Source of the DNA: an uncultured Chloroflexia bacterium
GTDB taxonomy: Bacteria > Chloroflexota > Anaerolineae > Anaerolineales > Villigracilaceae
Assembly (NCBI GenBank): GCA_963741635.1
Contig: CAVUIO010000012.1
Location: 195,514 to 259,513 of the forward strand
DNA length: 64,000 nucleotides
Reading direction: 5' to 3'
The translations under genes were made by a program, and so were the position numbers. This document shows, piece by piece, positions 47,562 to 57,768 of the stretch (position 1 is the first letter of the stretch; every line of letters starts with the position of its first letter). A model generated the notes under the pieces. That model saw only the letters and a list, made by a program, of their open reading frames with translations, ran no database searches and had not been told where the DNA came from.

Positions 47562-48948
47562 ATGCACAGAAGAAACAAAAGGTTCCAGCGAACCACCAAG
47601 GTATTCCTTTGGGTGGTTGGTTTAATTATTGTTTCCGTAGGCTTATACAACATCCCATTTATTCACAGCAAACTTTCCTGGCGTCTGGACAATCTGCAGA
47701 CCGATATTTATTACTTCTTTAATCCCCCCGGGCAGGTTGTCTTCGTTCCTGCCCAGCAGGCTCAAGACACGATTACCCCCAGGCCCACTTCCACTTTCAC
47801 AACCACACCAACCCCTCCGGCAATTTCCACAACTGAAATTATCCCGACCGCGACATCCACGCCTCTTCCCGGGTCAGTTATTCTGGATGGGGTCACATTC
47901 ATCGACCAGATGAACCGCTGGAATTATTGTGGTCCGGCTAACCTTGCCATGGCGCTTACATACGTGGGCTGGAAAGGAGAACCCGGCAATAGTGCCGCCT
48001 TACGCGATCAGATCGGTGCGGCAATTAAACCCGGTGTGGATGATCCCTCCGTAAACTTCATCGACCGCTCGCAGACGGACGTGAACGTCATGCCGTATGA
48101 AATGGTGGATTATGTTAACAACAACACCAGCATGCGGGCGTTAATGCGTTACGGCGGAACGGTGGATCTATTAAAAAGCCTAATCGCAGCCGGGTTCCCG
48201 GTGATTGCCGAAAAAGGCATCTACCAGACCCTCCCACCTGAAAACACCATGCAGTGGGCAGGTCATTATGCTTTCACTACCGGTTATGATGATGCTGCCG
48301 GTAAGTTAATTTATCAGGATTCTTATACTCCCAACGAAAACATCCCTTCCGAAAAACAGGGAAAAAATGTTACTGCAAGTTACCAGGAGTATTTCAGCGA
48401 TTGGCGGGCATTCAATTTTGTGTTTATCGTCGTATATCCAGCCGGAACGTGAGGCTGAGCTTTACCAGGTGCTGGGACATTGGGCGGATGAGTCCTGGGC
48501 GATCCAGAATGCTCTCAACACCGCCGACCAGGAATCCTCAACCCTGACCGGTATCGACCAGTTTTTTGCGTGGTTCAATAAGGGCACAAGTTTTGGATTG
48601 CAAACCGATTACGGTCAAAGCGCTCTGGCGTATGACCAGGCGTTACCCTTTATAGTACACCTCCCGGAAAAAGATCGCCCTTACCGCATAATGTTTTACC
48701 AGACCGGTCCTTACAGGGCATATTTCTACACCAGTCGTTTCCAGGATGTTATCAATCTTGCAGATAAAACCGAGAGTACCCTGTACAATCATCGTGTTCT
48801 GGAAGAGACCCTTTACTGGCGCGGCCTGGCTGAGGCAAATATTGGCCTTTATGATGCCGCTTATGCGGACATGAGAAAAGCCGTCCACTACCACCCGGGT
48901 TTCCAGCCCGCCTTGGATGTTCTTGCACAGTGGGGTATTTCCCCGTAA
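47562..48948 (+). CDS. Membrane-anchored peptidase C39-like domain protein with a TPR-like C-terminus, one frameshift near 48440
   Basis: The N-terminal TM segment is VFLWVVGLIIVSVGLY, followed by a T/P-rich linker. Catalytic-Cys context reads DQMNRWNYCGPANLAMAL and ..WAGHYAFTTGYDD supplies a His. The sequence continues in ORF 48367-48948. Confidence 0.6.
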
Positions 48949-48951
48949 TTA

Positions 48952-50161
48952 ATGAAACTTCTGCATTTTGCGGACGCGCACATAGACATGGCCAATTATG
49001 GCCGCCATGACCCGGAGACCGGTCTCCCATTGCGCGTTCTTGATTTTCTCAAATCCCTGGACGTCATCATTGATACCGCCATCGCGGAAAAGGTGGACCT
49101 GGTGATTTTCGCCGGGGATGCCTACCGGGACCGCTCTCCTGCTCCAACCTTTCAGCGCGAATGGGGGAAACGCATTATCCGGCTGTCGAAAGCGGGCATC
49201 CGCACTCTGCTGCTGGTGGGAAACCACGATCTTTCCCCCGCCCTGGGGCGGGCGACTTCCATCCAGGAATTCGAGACTCTCGATATCCCCTTCGTGACGG
49301 TTTTGGATAAACCTCAATTTCTCTCATCAAAAGACCTGGGATTACCAGCCCAGGTGATCGCCATCCCGTGGATCTCTCGCTCCGGCCTGACGGCGGCGAC
49401 AAATACCTCCCCCAGTGCGGCGTTTCAGGAAATTGAAGAGAGAATAAACGATTTGGTTAACGGTTGGATTGAACAAGCCGACTCTTCCCTGCCCATCATC
49501 CTGACTGCCCATGCTTCCGTCCAGGGAGCAAAATTAGGCTCTGAGCGGACGATTATGTTGGGGTCAGATATGGTTCTGCCTGGTTCTCTTGTAAAGGATG
49601 CACGGCTTGATTACGTGGCTCTGGGCCATATTCACAAATCACAGGATCTCAACGAGCATTCCCACCCTCCGGTAATTTACCCCGGCTCCATCGAGCGTGT
49701 GGATTTTGGTGAAGTGGACGATAAAAAGTTTTTCGTCATTGCCGATGTTACTCGAGGTAAAACAAATGTGAATTGGCGCAGGCTGGAAAACATCCGTCCC
49801 TTTATTGACCGGCACGTTACCCTCGAGTCCCCTGAAAACGTGACCAGACACAATCAAATCCACCTTGCCGAATATTGAAAATCTGAAAGGTGCCATCATC
49901 CGCTTGACGGTGGATTACCCTCGCGAGTGGGAACCTTAATCGACGAGCCGGCTATTGCGCAGGTATGCCGGGAGCGCCTTTGAATTCCATCTGATCAAGC
50001 GCCCCCAAATAAATGCCCGCATTCGCTTGCCTGCAGACCAGGCGGTGAGCAGCCTGGGTCCGCTCGAACTTTTGGACCAGTATTGGCGTGCCGGTCATGT
50101 AGAGGATATTGAAGCCAACACCCTGCGGAAAATGGCAAAGGAAATTATTGAAGAAGAGTAA
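48952..50161 (+). CDS. sbcD: SbcD/Mre11-family DNA repair exonuclease, two or more frameshifts in the C-terminal third
   Basis: Metallophosphoesterase motifs are LLHFADAHID, FAGDAYRD, VGNHD and ALGHIH. The C-terminal pieces lie in other frames, including ORF 49955-50161. Confidence 0.8.
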
Positions 50162-50233
50162 AGACGCTTGTTCATCATCTTGGTTCTCTATTTCCTCCCG
50201 ATTATCATCTTTTAAACCGAGGTCCTTTTAATT

Positions 50234-50963
50234 ATGCGCTGGATTTTTATTTCTCCTCACTTTGACGATGCCGTGCTTGTCATGCGGCGGTTTGATCTGG
50301 GAACAGTCCCAAAAAGGCTTACCGGTCGAGATATGGACCATTTGTGCCGGTGATGCACCTTCCGGACGCCTTTCCCCACTGGCAGTTGATTGTCACAAGC
50401 AATGGGGAATTAAATCCGCCAAGGGATTTGGTTGCAGCCCGACGAAAAGAAAACTCGAGGCGGCTGCCAGCCCGCGTGGGCGCTGAAACGGTTGACTTCA
50501 GTATCCCCGATTGCATCTACCGCCGCTCACCAAATGGAGAAATCCTTTACACCGAAGGATGTATTTGTGCCGATAAATCCAGCTCGAAAGGGGCTTGGAT
50601 GCAGAAGTCGCTGCTGCCCTGGTTTCTGAAATCCAGCCCGGGGATAAAATCGTCAGCCCCTTGGCAATCGGTGGTCATCTGGACCATGTGATGACGCGCC
50701 TCGCCGCTGAGCGCCTGAATTCCCTCATATGGTATTATGCCGATATACCTTATCTGCTCAATCATCCTGAAATGCTGGCATCGGCGACAAAAGGACTGCG
50801 AAAGACCAGTTTTTCGGTGTCCGAAGAAGGGTTGAAGGCATGGCAAAAAGGTATTGCCGCATATGCCACTCAAATCCGGATGCTCTTCAAGACTTCTGCA
50901 AAGATGCGTGAGGCAATCCGTCTAGTATTGGGAAAACGGGTCCAGGTTCCACTTGTGGCATAA
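50234..50963 (+). CDS. PIG-L/LmbE-family N-acetylglucosaminyl deacetylase, three or more frameshifts
   Basis: MRWIFISPHFDDAVLSCGGLI (the PHxDD motif) is followed by fragments in ORFs 50262-50486 and 50344-50691. GGHLDHVMT lies in ORF 50595-50963. Confidence 0.68.
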
Positions 50964-51075
50964 GGCATAATCTTCGATTTTTTCAGACGAGTTATAATAT
51001 TTAGGCCTAATTTGGAGCGGCATATTCCCAAATTTGGCACTAATTTGGGCGAGATACGATTTCTGAGAATACTGC

Positions 51076-51103
51076 TTGCTTTTCAAATAAAATCATGTAT
51101 AAT
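51076..51103 (+). promoter_or_regulatory. Candidate sigma-70 promoter of greA (TTGCTT-16 nt-TATAAT, TG immediately upstream of the -10)
   Basis: TTGCTT lies at 51076-51081 and TATAAT at 51098-51103, about 75 nt upstream of the greA ATG. Confidence 0.5.
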
Positions 51104-51132
51104 ATTGCCGGGTAGGGAATCCTACGCAATCT

Positions 51133-51165
51133 GCATCTCTGTTTCAGAGATGCTTGTATTTTCTC
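51133..51165 (+). terminator. Terminator-like hairpin in the greA leader
   Basis: GCATCTCTG-TTT-CAGAGATGC is followed by TTGTATTTTCTC. It ends 13 nt before the greA ATG, and the tail overlaps the SD region (AGGAAG). Confidence 0.4.
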
Positions 51166-51177
51166 AGGAAGATTAAG

Positions 51178-51648
51178 ATGCCAACGACATTCTTGACCAA
51201 AGTAGGCTATCAAAAACTAGCCGACGAGCTTGAATATCTGCGCACCACCAAGCGGTTGGAAGTTGCCAACCGTCTCCATGAGGCCATGGAAGGTGGCGAG
51301 CTGATAGAGAATGCCGAGTATGAAGCTGCAAAAAATGAGCAGGCTTTTGTCGAGGGTCGCATCCAGGAACTGGAAATGATCCTTGCCTCTGCCCGTGTGA
51401 TTGACGAAAAGGTAAAGAAAGAAAAAGGGGACCTGGTGCAGGTCGGCTCACTCGTCACCATCAAGGAAGACGGGAGCAGCTCGGAGAAATATTCCATTGT
51501 CGGCGCGGCGGAAGCCAATCCTCGTGAGGGCAAGATCTCGAATGAATCGCCGATCGGTAAAGCTATTCTCAATCATCGCGCCGGGGATGAAGTAAACGTG
51601 GAAGCACCCGGCGGCACATTCAAAGTAAAAATCGTCAAGGTCGAATAA
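51178..51648 (+). CDS. greA: Transcription elongation factor GreA
   Basis: The product reads MPTTFLTKVGYQKLADELEYLRTTKR.EVANRL..A...GELIENAEYEAAKNEQ.. and ISNESPIGKAILNHRAGDEV. The ORF is intact. Confidence 0.93.
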   Translation: MPTTFLTKVGYQKLADELEYLRTTKRLEVANRLHEAMEGGELIENAEYEAAKNEQAFVEGRIQELEMILASARVIDEKVKKEKGDLVQVGSLVTIKEDGSSSEKYSIVGAAEANPREGKISNESPIGKAILNHRAGDEVNVEAPGGTFKVKIVKVE

Positions 51649-51668
51649 GCCTGGGGTACGCTGATCAG

Positions 51669-51705
51669 ACCCCGCGCATGCTCTCAGGTGCGCGGGGTTT
51701 TATTT
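51669..51705 (+). terminator. Rho-independent terminator after greA
   Basis: ACCCCGCGCA-10 nt-TGCGCGGGGT is followed by TTTTATTT. It ends only about 13 nt before the lysS start. Confidence 0.7.
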
Positions 51706-51717
51706 ACTCAATAATTC

Positions 51718-53267
51718 ATGAAAGGTTCCGCCATGACCGAATATACCTCCCTTGAAAAAATCCGCCTCGAGAAAATTCAAGCACTCCGGAAAGAAGGAGT
51801 GGAGCCGTATCCCACTCGTGCCGAGCGCACTCATACTTCCGCCCAGGCAATTGTTGCCTTTGAGGAAGCTGAAACCATGCATCCCGTAGGTCAGCCCCCG
51901 GCTGAAGTGAAGGTCACCCTCGGCGGTCGGATTCGCGCATCTCGTGCCATGGGGAAACTAACCTTTGCCCACATTGAAGATGTTGACGGGCGCATCCAGT
52001 TGCTCCTGCGTATGAACGAACTCGGGCAGGAGCGTGTTGATTGGTTCAACAAGATGCTTGACCTGGGGGATTTCATCCAGGCGTCAGGTGTGATGTTCCG
52101 CACAAAAACCGGGGAACCGACGCTCCAGGTCCAGGATTTTAAACTGCTGGCAAAAGCGGTCAGCCCGCTCCCGGCAGCCAAGGATGAAGTCACTGAAAGC
52201 GGGAAAACCATCCGACATGCTGCCCTCGAGGATCCGGAGCTGCGCGCTCGCCAGCGCTATGCAGACCTGGCTGTAAACCCGGAAGTGCGTGATACCTTCC
52301 GCAAACGGGCCGGCATCGATTCGTGCCCTGCGCGAGTTCCTTGATTACAACGGCTTTCTTGAAGTTGAGACCCCCATCCTGCAGCCCATTTACGGAGGCG
52401 CAGCAGCCCGGCCTTTCACCACTCATCATAATCAGCTGAAACAGGACTTGTTCCTGCGCATCTCTTTTGAACTCTATCTCAAACGCCTTCTGGTTGGCAA
52501 CCTGGAACGTGTCTACGAACTCGGGCGTGACTTTCGAAACGAGGGCGTTTCTTTTAAACATAATCCGGAATTCACCCAGTTGGAGTTTTATTGGGCCTAC
52601 GCCGATTACCTCCAGGTGATGGAACTGACCGAGCAGATGGTCTCGTACGCATGCCAAAAAGTGACTGGCGGGATGGAAATTACCTATCAGGGAAGCTCTT
52701 TGGACTTTACCCCTCCATGGCGAAGGTTATCGATGGCTGACTGGCATCCTTGAAACCAGCGGGATTGATATCGCCAAATACCCAACCGCCAAGTCCTTGC
52801 TAAAAGCAATTGCCGCCAAGGGTAAATCCCCCAATCCAAACGCCACCCGTGGAAAATTGATCGATTTCTTGTTGAGCGAGTACCTCGAACCTACATTGAT
52901 CCAACCTACCTTCGTGTGTGATTATCCACGTGACATATCTCCACTTGCGAAATCCATCCCCGGTGACCCCCTTACCGTCGAACGCTTCGAGGCGTATGTG
53001 GCGGGCTTTGAGCTCTGTAATGCTTTCACTGAACTCAATGATCCCCTTGACCAGGAACAACGTTTCCTCGAAATGGGACGGGATTACACGGATAATGATG
53101 AGGAACGGCATCCCATGGATGAAGATTACCTGCGTGCCATGCGCTACGGCATGCCGCCTTGCGGTGGATTTGGCATGGGGGTGGACCGTCTGGCGATGTT
53201 GTTGACGGATAACCATTCAATTCGCGAGGTGCTTTTATTCCCGCACCTGCGCGAACCTGAAGAGTAA
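51718..53267 (+). CDS. lysS: Lysine--tRNA ligase (class II), two frameshifts
   Basis: ORFs 51718-52344 (OB-fold N-domain), 52289-52753 (motifs 1 and 2: [15 protein letters not shown]) and 52797-53267 (motif 3: [14 protein letters not shown]) join colinearly. Frame changes lie near 52310 and 52740. Confidence 0.93.
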
Positions 53268-53283
53268 TCTCTTTTTACGGGAA

Positions 53284-53318
53284 GATCGTCCCAATGATAT
53301 GTCTTGGGACGATTTTTT
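53284..53318 (+). terminator. Rho-independent terminator after lysS
   Basis: ATCGTCCCA-12 nt-TGGGACGAT followed by TTTTT. Confidence 0.8.
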
Positions 53319-53393
53319 ATTTACCCGTAGTGTTTCTTGTAGAACCAGGTATGGTCAGCAATTGTATTCCTTTTGTGGGGTAAAATAATCGCA

Positions 53394-54003
53394 ATGGACG
53401 AACCCGCCCTCATCCGATAATGCCCGGCATGGTGACCTGGATGCATTCAACACCCTTGTGCTCGCCTACCAGGACATCGTCTACAATACCGCCCTACGCA
53501 TCCTGGGGGACGAAGATCTGGCAGCCGACGCATCACAGGAAGCCTTCATATCCGCTTTCCGTGCACTTAACTCTTTCCGAGGCGGTTCCTTCCGCGCCTG
53601 GCTGTTGCGAACAGTCACAAATGCCTGCTATGACGAGTTGCGACGCAAGCAGCGCCGGCCTACTACCCCCCTTGAACCCGAAACTGATGATGGTGACGAT
53701 ATGGAAACGCCTCGCTGGCTGGCGGATCCCGATGGATCACCGGAAGATTTATTGGATAAGGCTGAAGTTGAACATGCCATTCAGCATTGTCTTGATAACT
53801 TGCCCACAGATTTCCGGACGGTGGTCATTATGGCCGATATCCAGGGGCTCGACTATACCGAAGTCGCCTCGGTCATCAAGAAACCTCTTGGCACCGTCAA
53901 ATCCCGCCTCGCCCGCGCCCGTCTTCGTTTAAGAGAGTGCCTGCAATCCTTTGGGGAACTTTTACCTTCAACCTTTCGTCTGGAAGAAGAGCAAACCGTA
54001 TGA
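53394..54003 (+). CDS. ECF-type RNA polymerase sigma factor, one frameshift near 53415
   Basis: MDEPALIR is followed, after a frame change, by DNARHGDLDAFNTLVLAYQDIVYNTALRILGD... (ORF 53458-54003). Region 2 reads FRAWLLRTVTNACYDELRR. Region 4 reads GLDYTEVASVIKKPLGTVKSRLARAR. Confidence 0.85.
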
Positions 54004-54665
54004 ATGCACCTTCTTTCCGCGACGTTGAACAACTTTCGGCATACCTGGACGGGCAGCTGTCACAGTCCGATAAATCGCGTCTTGAAACCCGCCTCCAATC
54101 TGACCCTACTCTGGCTGCTGCCTTGACGGACTTGCGCCAGGCGCGCGCTATTCTTCGCCGTACGCCCATGCGCCGCAGCCCGCGCAACTTCACCCTGACT
54201 CCGAAAATGGCCGGGATCAAGCCGCCGGTCCCTCGCTCCGTCCCCGCCCTGGGATGGGCATCCGCTGTCGCTATGGCTGTATTTGTGATCACGCTTGGGA
54301 CGAACTTGCTCGGTCAATTATCCTCAGCTGCGAATGCGCCCATGTTATCTGCCGCGCCGATGACCAGTGAAGGTTACGGCGGAGGACCTGCTGTGGTCGC
54401 CACCCCTCCTGCTGCAGATAATTCCCAGGGGTTACCAACTCCTCAACCCTTCACCCTGGTGGCTCCCGAAGCGACCCCTCCAGGACAATCGCGCCTGGCG
54501 CAACCTCCATTGGCTGCTTCAACGAATAAATCGTCACAACCGGTGAATACCTGGCTTTATGTTTGGCCCGGATTGGCGGTATTTCTCTTGGTCGCTGCCC
54601 TGCTGGTTCGTTGGATTAATGTTCGATCCTTCCGCCGCAAAATCGGTTCGAAACATAACCCATAA
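54000..54665 (+). CDS. Anti-sigma factor-like single-pass membrane protein
   Basis: The start overlaps the sigma stop (ATGA). The sequence MNAPSFRDVEQLSAYLDGQLSQSDKSRLETRLQSDPTLAAAL is the usual anti-sigma N-terminal helix pattern, although the zinc ligands are not obvious. TM segments follow. Confidence 0.6.
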   Translation: MNAPSFRDVEQLSAYLDGQLSQSDKSRLETRLQSDPTLAAALTDLRQARAILRRTPMRRSPRNFTLTPKMAGIKPPVPRSVPALGWASAVAMAVFVITLGTNLLGQLSSAANAPMLSAAPMTSEGYGGGPAVVATPPAADNSQGLPTPQPFTLVAPEATPPGQSRLAQPPLAASTNKSSQPVNTWLYVWPGLAVFLLVAALLVRWINVRSFRRKIGSKHNP

Positions 54666-54669
54666 CCAC

Positions 54670-54699
54670 ACCGCCGGTTGCAATCACCCGGCGGTTTTC
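54670..54699 (+). terminator. Rho-independent terminator
   Basis: ACCGCCGG-10 nt-CCGGCGGT followed by TTTCTC. Confidence 0.7.
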
Positions 54700-54873
54700 T
54701 CTAGTATTTCCAATCATTTTAAGTGAAATGCATTTTGCGGTGGAAAAATCTTGCGAAAATTATTATCGAATAAATGACTGCCACCTGGATTGAGTATAAT
54801 ATTCATGATCATTCACGCTTTCAGAAATGCAGGGTGAATACTCGTTTTGTACCACCTTGAATCAGAGGTGAAA

Positions 54874-55734
54874 ATGTCTACGATCTCACCTGTCCGTCCA
54901 TCACCAATTGCAGGGACTTGGTATGAGGGCAATCCCAGGCAGCTCTCCCAGGTAGTAGACCAATACCTGGATCAGGCGGAAATCCCCCCACTTCCAGGCT
55001 CGGTAATTGCTGTCATATCCCCTCACGCCGGTCATAGGTACTCTGGTGCTGTTGCTGGGTATGCATTCGCCGCAGTCCGTGGCCGGTCCTTTGACCAGGT
55101 AGCCATCCTCTCCCCCATGCATCAACCTTATTATGATTCTTTATTGACAACCGCTCACGAAGCGTATACCACTCCGCTCGGAGATGTGCCGGTGGATAAG
55201 GAGTTGGTTACCGACCTGGACTCCCGTTTGCGAAAGGAAATTGGAGAAGGGTTGGTACCCGTGGCATATGACCAGGAACATTCCCTTGAAATCGAACTTC
55301 CTTTCCTGCAGCGTGCGTTGGTGGGAGAATTCAAACTTCTGCCTGTCATGGTTCGCTCCCAATCTGAGAAGCTGTCCAAACAGCTCGGTGAGGCCCTTGC
55401 CAAAACTCTGCACGGTCAGCGTTTCCTCATTGTAGCCAGCACGGACCTTTCCCATTTCTTTACCCAAAAACAAGCGGTTGCTTTCGATAGCGAAATGTTG
55501 CGGCGGATCGAATCTTTTTCACCGGAACAAGTTTTCTCTGCCGAAAAGGAAAAACAGGGATTTGCCTGCGGGCTGGGAGCATTGACCGCCGTCCTTTGGG
55601 CTGCCAAAGCTCTGGGTGCTGATACCGTCAAAGTCCTGCGTCATGCCACGTCCGGGGATATCACCGGGGATTATTCCTCAGTGGTCGGCTATGGTGCCGC
55701 AGTGGTACTAAAATCAGGTGAAGGTGGAGAATAA
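54874..55734 (+). CDS. amrB: MEMO1-family protein (AmmeMemoRadiSam system protein B)
   Basis: The product reads MSTISPVRPSPIAGTWYEGNPRQL...VISPHAGHRYSGAVAGYAF...QEHSLEIELPFLQ...STDLSH. The ORF is intact. Confidence 0.85.
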   Translation: MSTISPVRPSPIAGTWYEGNPRQLSQVVDQYLDQAEIPPLPGSVIAVISPHAGHRYSGAVAGYAFAAVRGRSFDQVAILSPMHQPYYDSLLTTAHEAYTTPLGDVPVDKELVTDLDSRLRKEIGEGLVPVAYDQEHSLEIELPFLQRALVGEFKLLPVMVRSQSEKLSKQLGEALAKTLHGQRFLIVASTDLSHFFTQKQAVAFDSEMLRRIESFSPEQVFSAEKEKQGFACGLGALTAVLWAAKALGADTVKVLRHATSGDITGDYSSVVGYGAAVVLKSGEGGE

Positions 55735-55738
55735 TCCG

Positions 55739-57760
55739 ATGAAATCTTTTGTGTCCAGGATTCTCGATAAACCTTGGTTTTATCCTTTCGCATTATTGGC
55801 GGTGGGTTTAATAGCTTATGGATTTATTTTAATCAAACCAGGCTTTTATTGGGATGATTGGGAATCGGTTTATCTATATTATCTGCACCAACCTGCAATT
55901 TATTTTACTTATTTTGGCTCTCGTCCGTTTTCAGTATTGCCATACGTTGTCTTGTTTCCAATCGTAAAGATGACACCACTGATTTGGCAGTTGATTGCCA
56001 TTCTAATACGATGGGCCGGTATTTGCTTTATTTATTTCACTCTGACGATGATATGGCCTAAACGTATTTGGCAATATAGATGGATTGGGGCTTTGCTTTT
56101 TGTTTTTCCTGGTTTCTTGGATCAACCTGTCGCGGTAGCTTTCACTCGACAACTTTCCGCATTTATGCTGTTCGGATTGTCACTTTTTCTTACTGTTCTG
56201 GCGATTACTGACCGGAAAAGGTTTTGGCTTTGGATGCCTTTATCTGTGCTGGCCGGACTGATTCATATCTTTATGATTGAATACTACGTCGGATTGGAGA
56301 TCATTCGTCCTGTCATCATCTGGTTTGCATTATATTCCACTAATAATGGAAAGACACGTATTTATCGGAAAACTCTTCTCTTATGGCTTCCTTCCATGAT
56401 TGGCTTGGGGGTTTATTTATGGTGGCGCCTTATTTACTTTCCTGCAACTATGGGAGGAGATCCAAACGATCCTGTTATTCTTAGAACATTATTTTATTTC
56501 CCCTTTATCGACCTTAAATAATCTTATTCCAAAAATGTATCAAGATATTGCATATATGCTTACTTCTATGTGGACCACTGCCTTTGCTATCGAAAACCTC
56601 AACTTTTATTCCCTGGCTGTAATTGTCTCTTGGATCATTGGGATTGTGGTTGCGATATCCTTTGGCTTTTCAATTCGAAAATATTACCGGGAAGAAAATT
56701 CGATTAGAAATCAGCCATTGTTAATAATGTTGCTTCTTGGCAGTCTACATTCTTAATCGGGGGGGCCCTGCCTGTTTGGGCAACAGAAAGGCAGATACAT
56801 CGCTGGGAAATGGTCAGATCGGTTTACACTTGCTCCAATGCTGGGAGCCGTCGTTCTCGTTATTTCCGTGTTGGATTGGTTATTAAGAACCAGAAATCAG
56901 AAGCAGTGGTTCTTTTCTCTCCTCCTGGCATCCTCGATATCTTTACAAATTTACAATGTAAATAAATTTCGAGTAGACTGGGAAAATCAACTCAATATTT
57001 ACTGGCAACTCCATTGGCGGGTTCCTTCCCTTGAACCTGGGACAGCTCTGTTTGGGAAGGGCACATTCACCGATAAAAGTTCATATTACGATGGGGTTTA
57101 TATTGTCAACCTATTATTCGACAATGCTCCCCTGGAAAATCCCCGCTATGGTTATTTTGATATCTATCACACTTCATTCACTAATTATGTACCTGGAATT
57201 CCTTTACTTGGAACCAACCGTGGCACTCCGTTTGCAGGCAATACGTCTCAAGCTGTCGTTTTCGACTTTGGTAAACCCGGCAGGTGTGTCAGGGTTCTCG
57301 ATTCCATTTACAAAGAAGACCAGAATATTAGCATCGCTGTCGCCAATATGTTTAATATTTCCGATGTATCGAACATCAAGGCAACACCGGATGTAAGTCT
57401 CAACTCTGATATTTTCGGAAGTGAACCATCGCATTCATGGTGCTATTATTTTGAGAAAGCAGACTTGGCTCGGCAAATGCAGGATTGGGATACCATAATT
57501 AAATTAAAACTTGAGGCAGACCGGCTCGGTTTTAAACCAGGTATAGGTGGGGAGGACCTCCCTTTATCGAAGCCTATGCACAAACAAACCAGTGGAAACA
57601 AGCCTATGAATTGAGCCTTGACGCGAATTCAATCGGTTCCGGCTCTGGACCGGCACTTTGCAGTGCCTGGCGCAGATTTAAGCAGTTGGGTTCTAATAAA
57701 GAAATGATTTCTTATACTGGGAAAGCTTACAAGGTATTCTGTTTGGGGGGGAATTCGTAG
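55739..57760 (+). CDS. Large polytopic membrane protein (possibly GT-C/ArnT-PMT-like glycosyltransferase), AT-rich, three or more frameshifts
   Basis: ORFs 55718-56521, 56400-56756, 56838-57614 and a final piece to the TAG at 57758-57760 join colinearly. There are ten or more hydrophobic segments, then a soluble C-terminal domain. The family assignment is a guess. Confidence 0.55.
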
Positions 57761-57768
57761 GCAATTCT

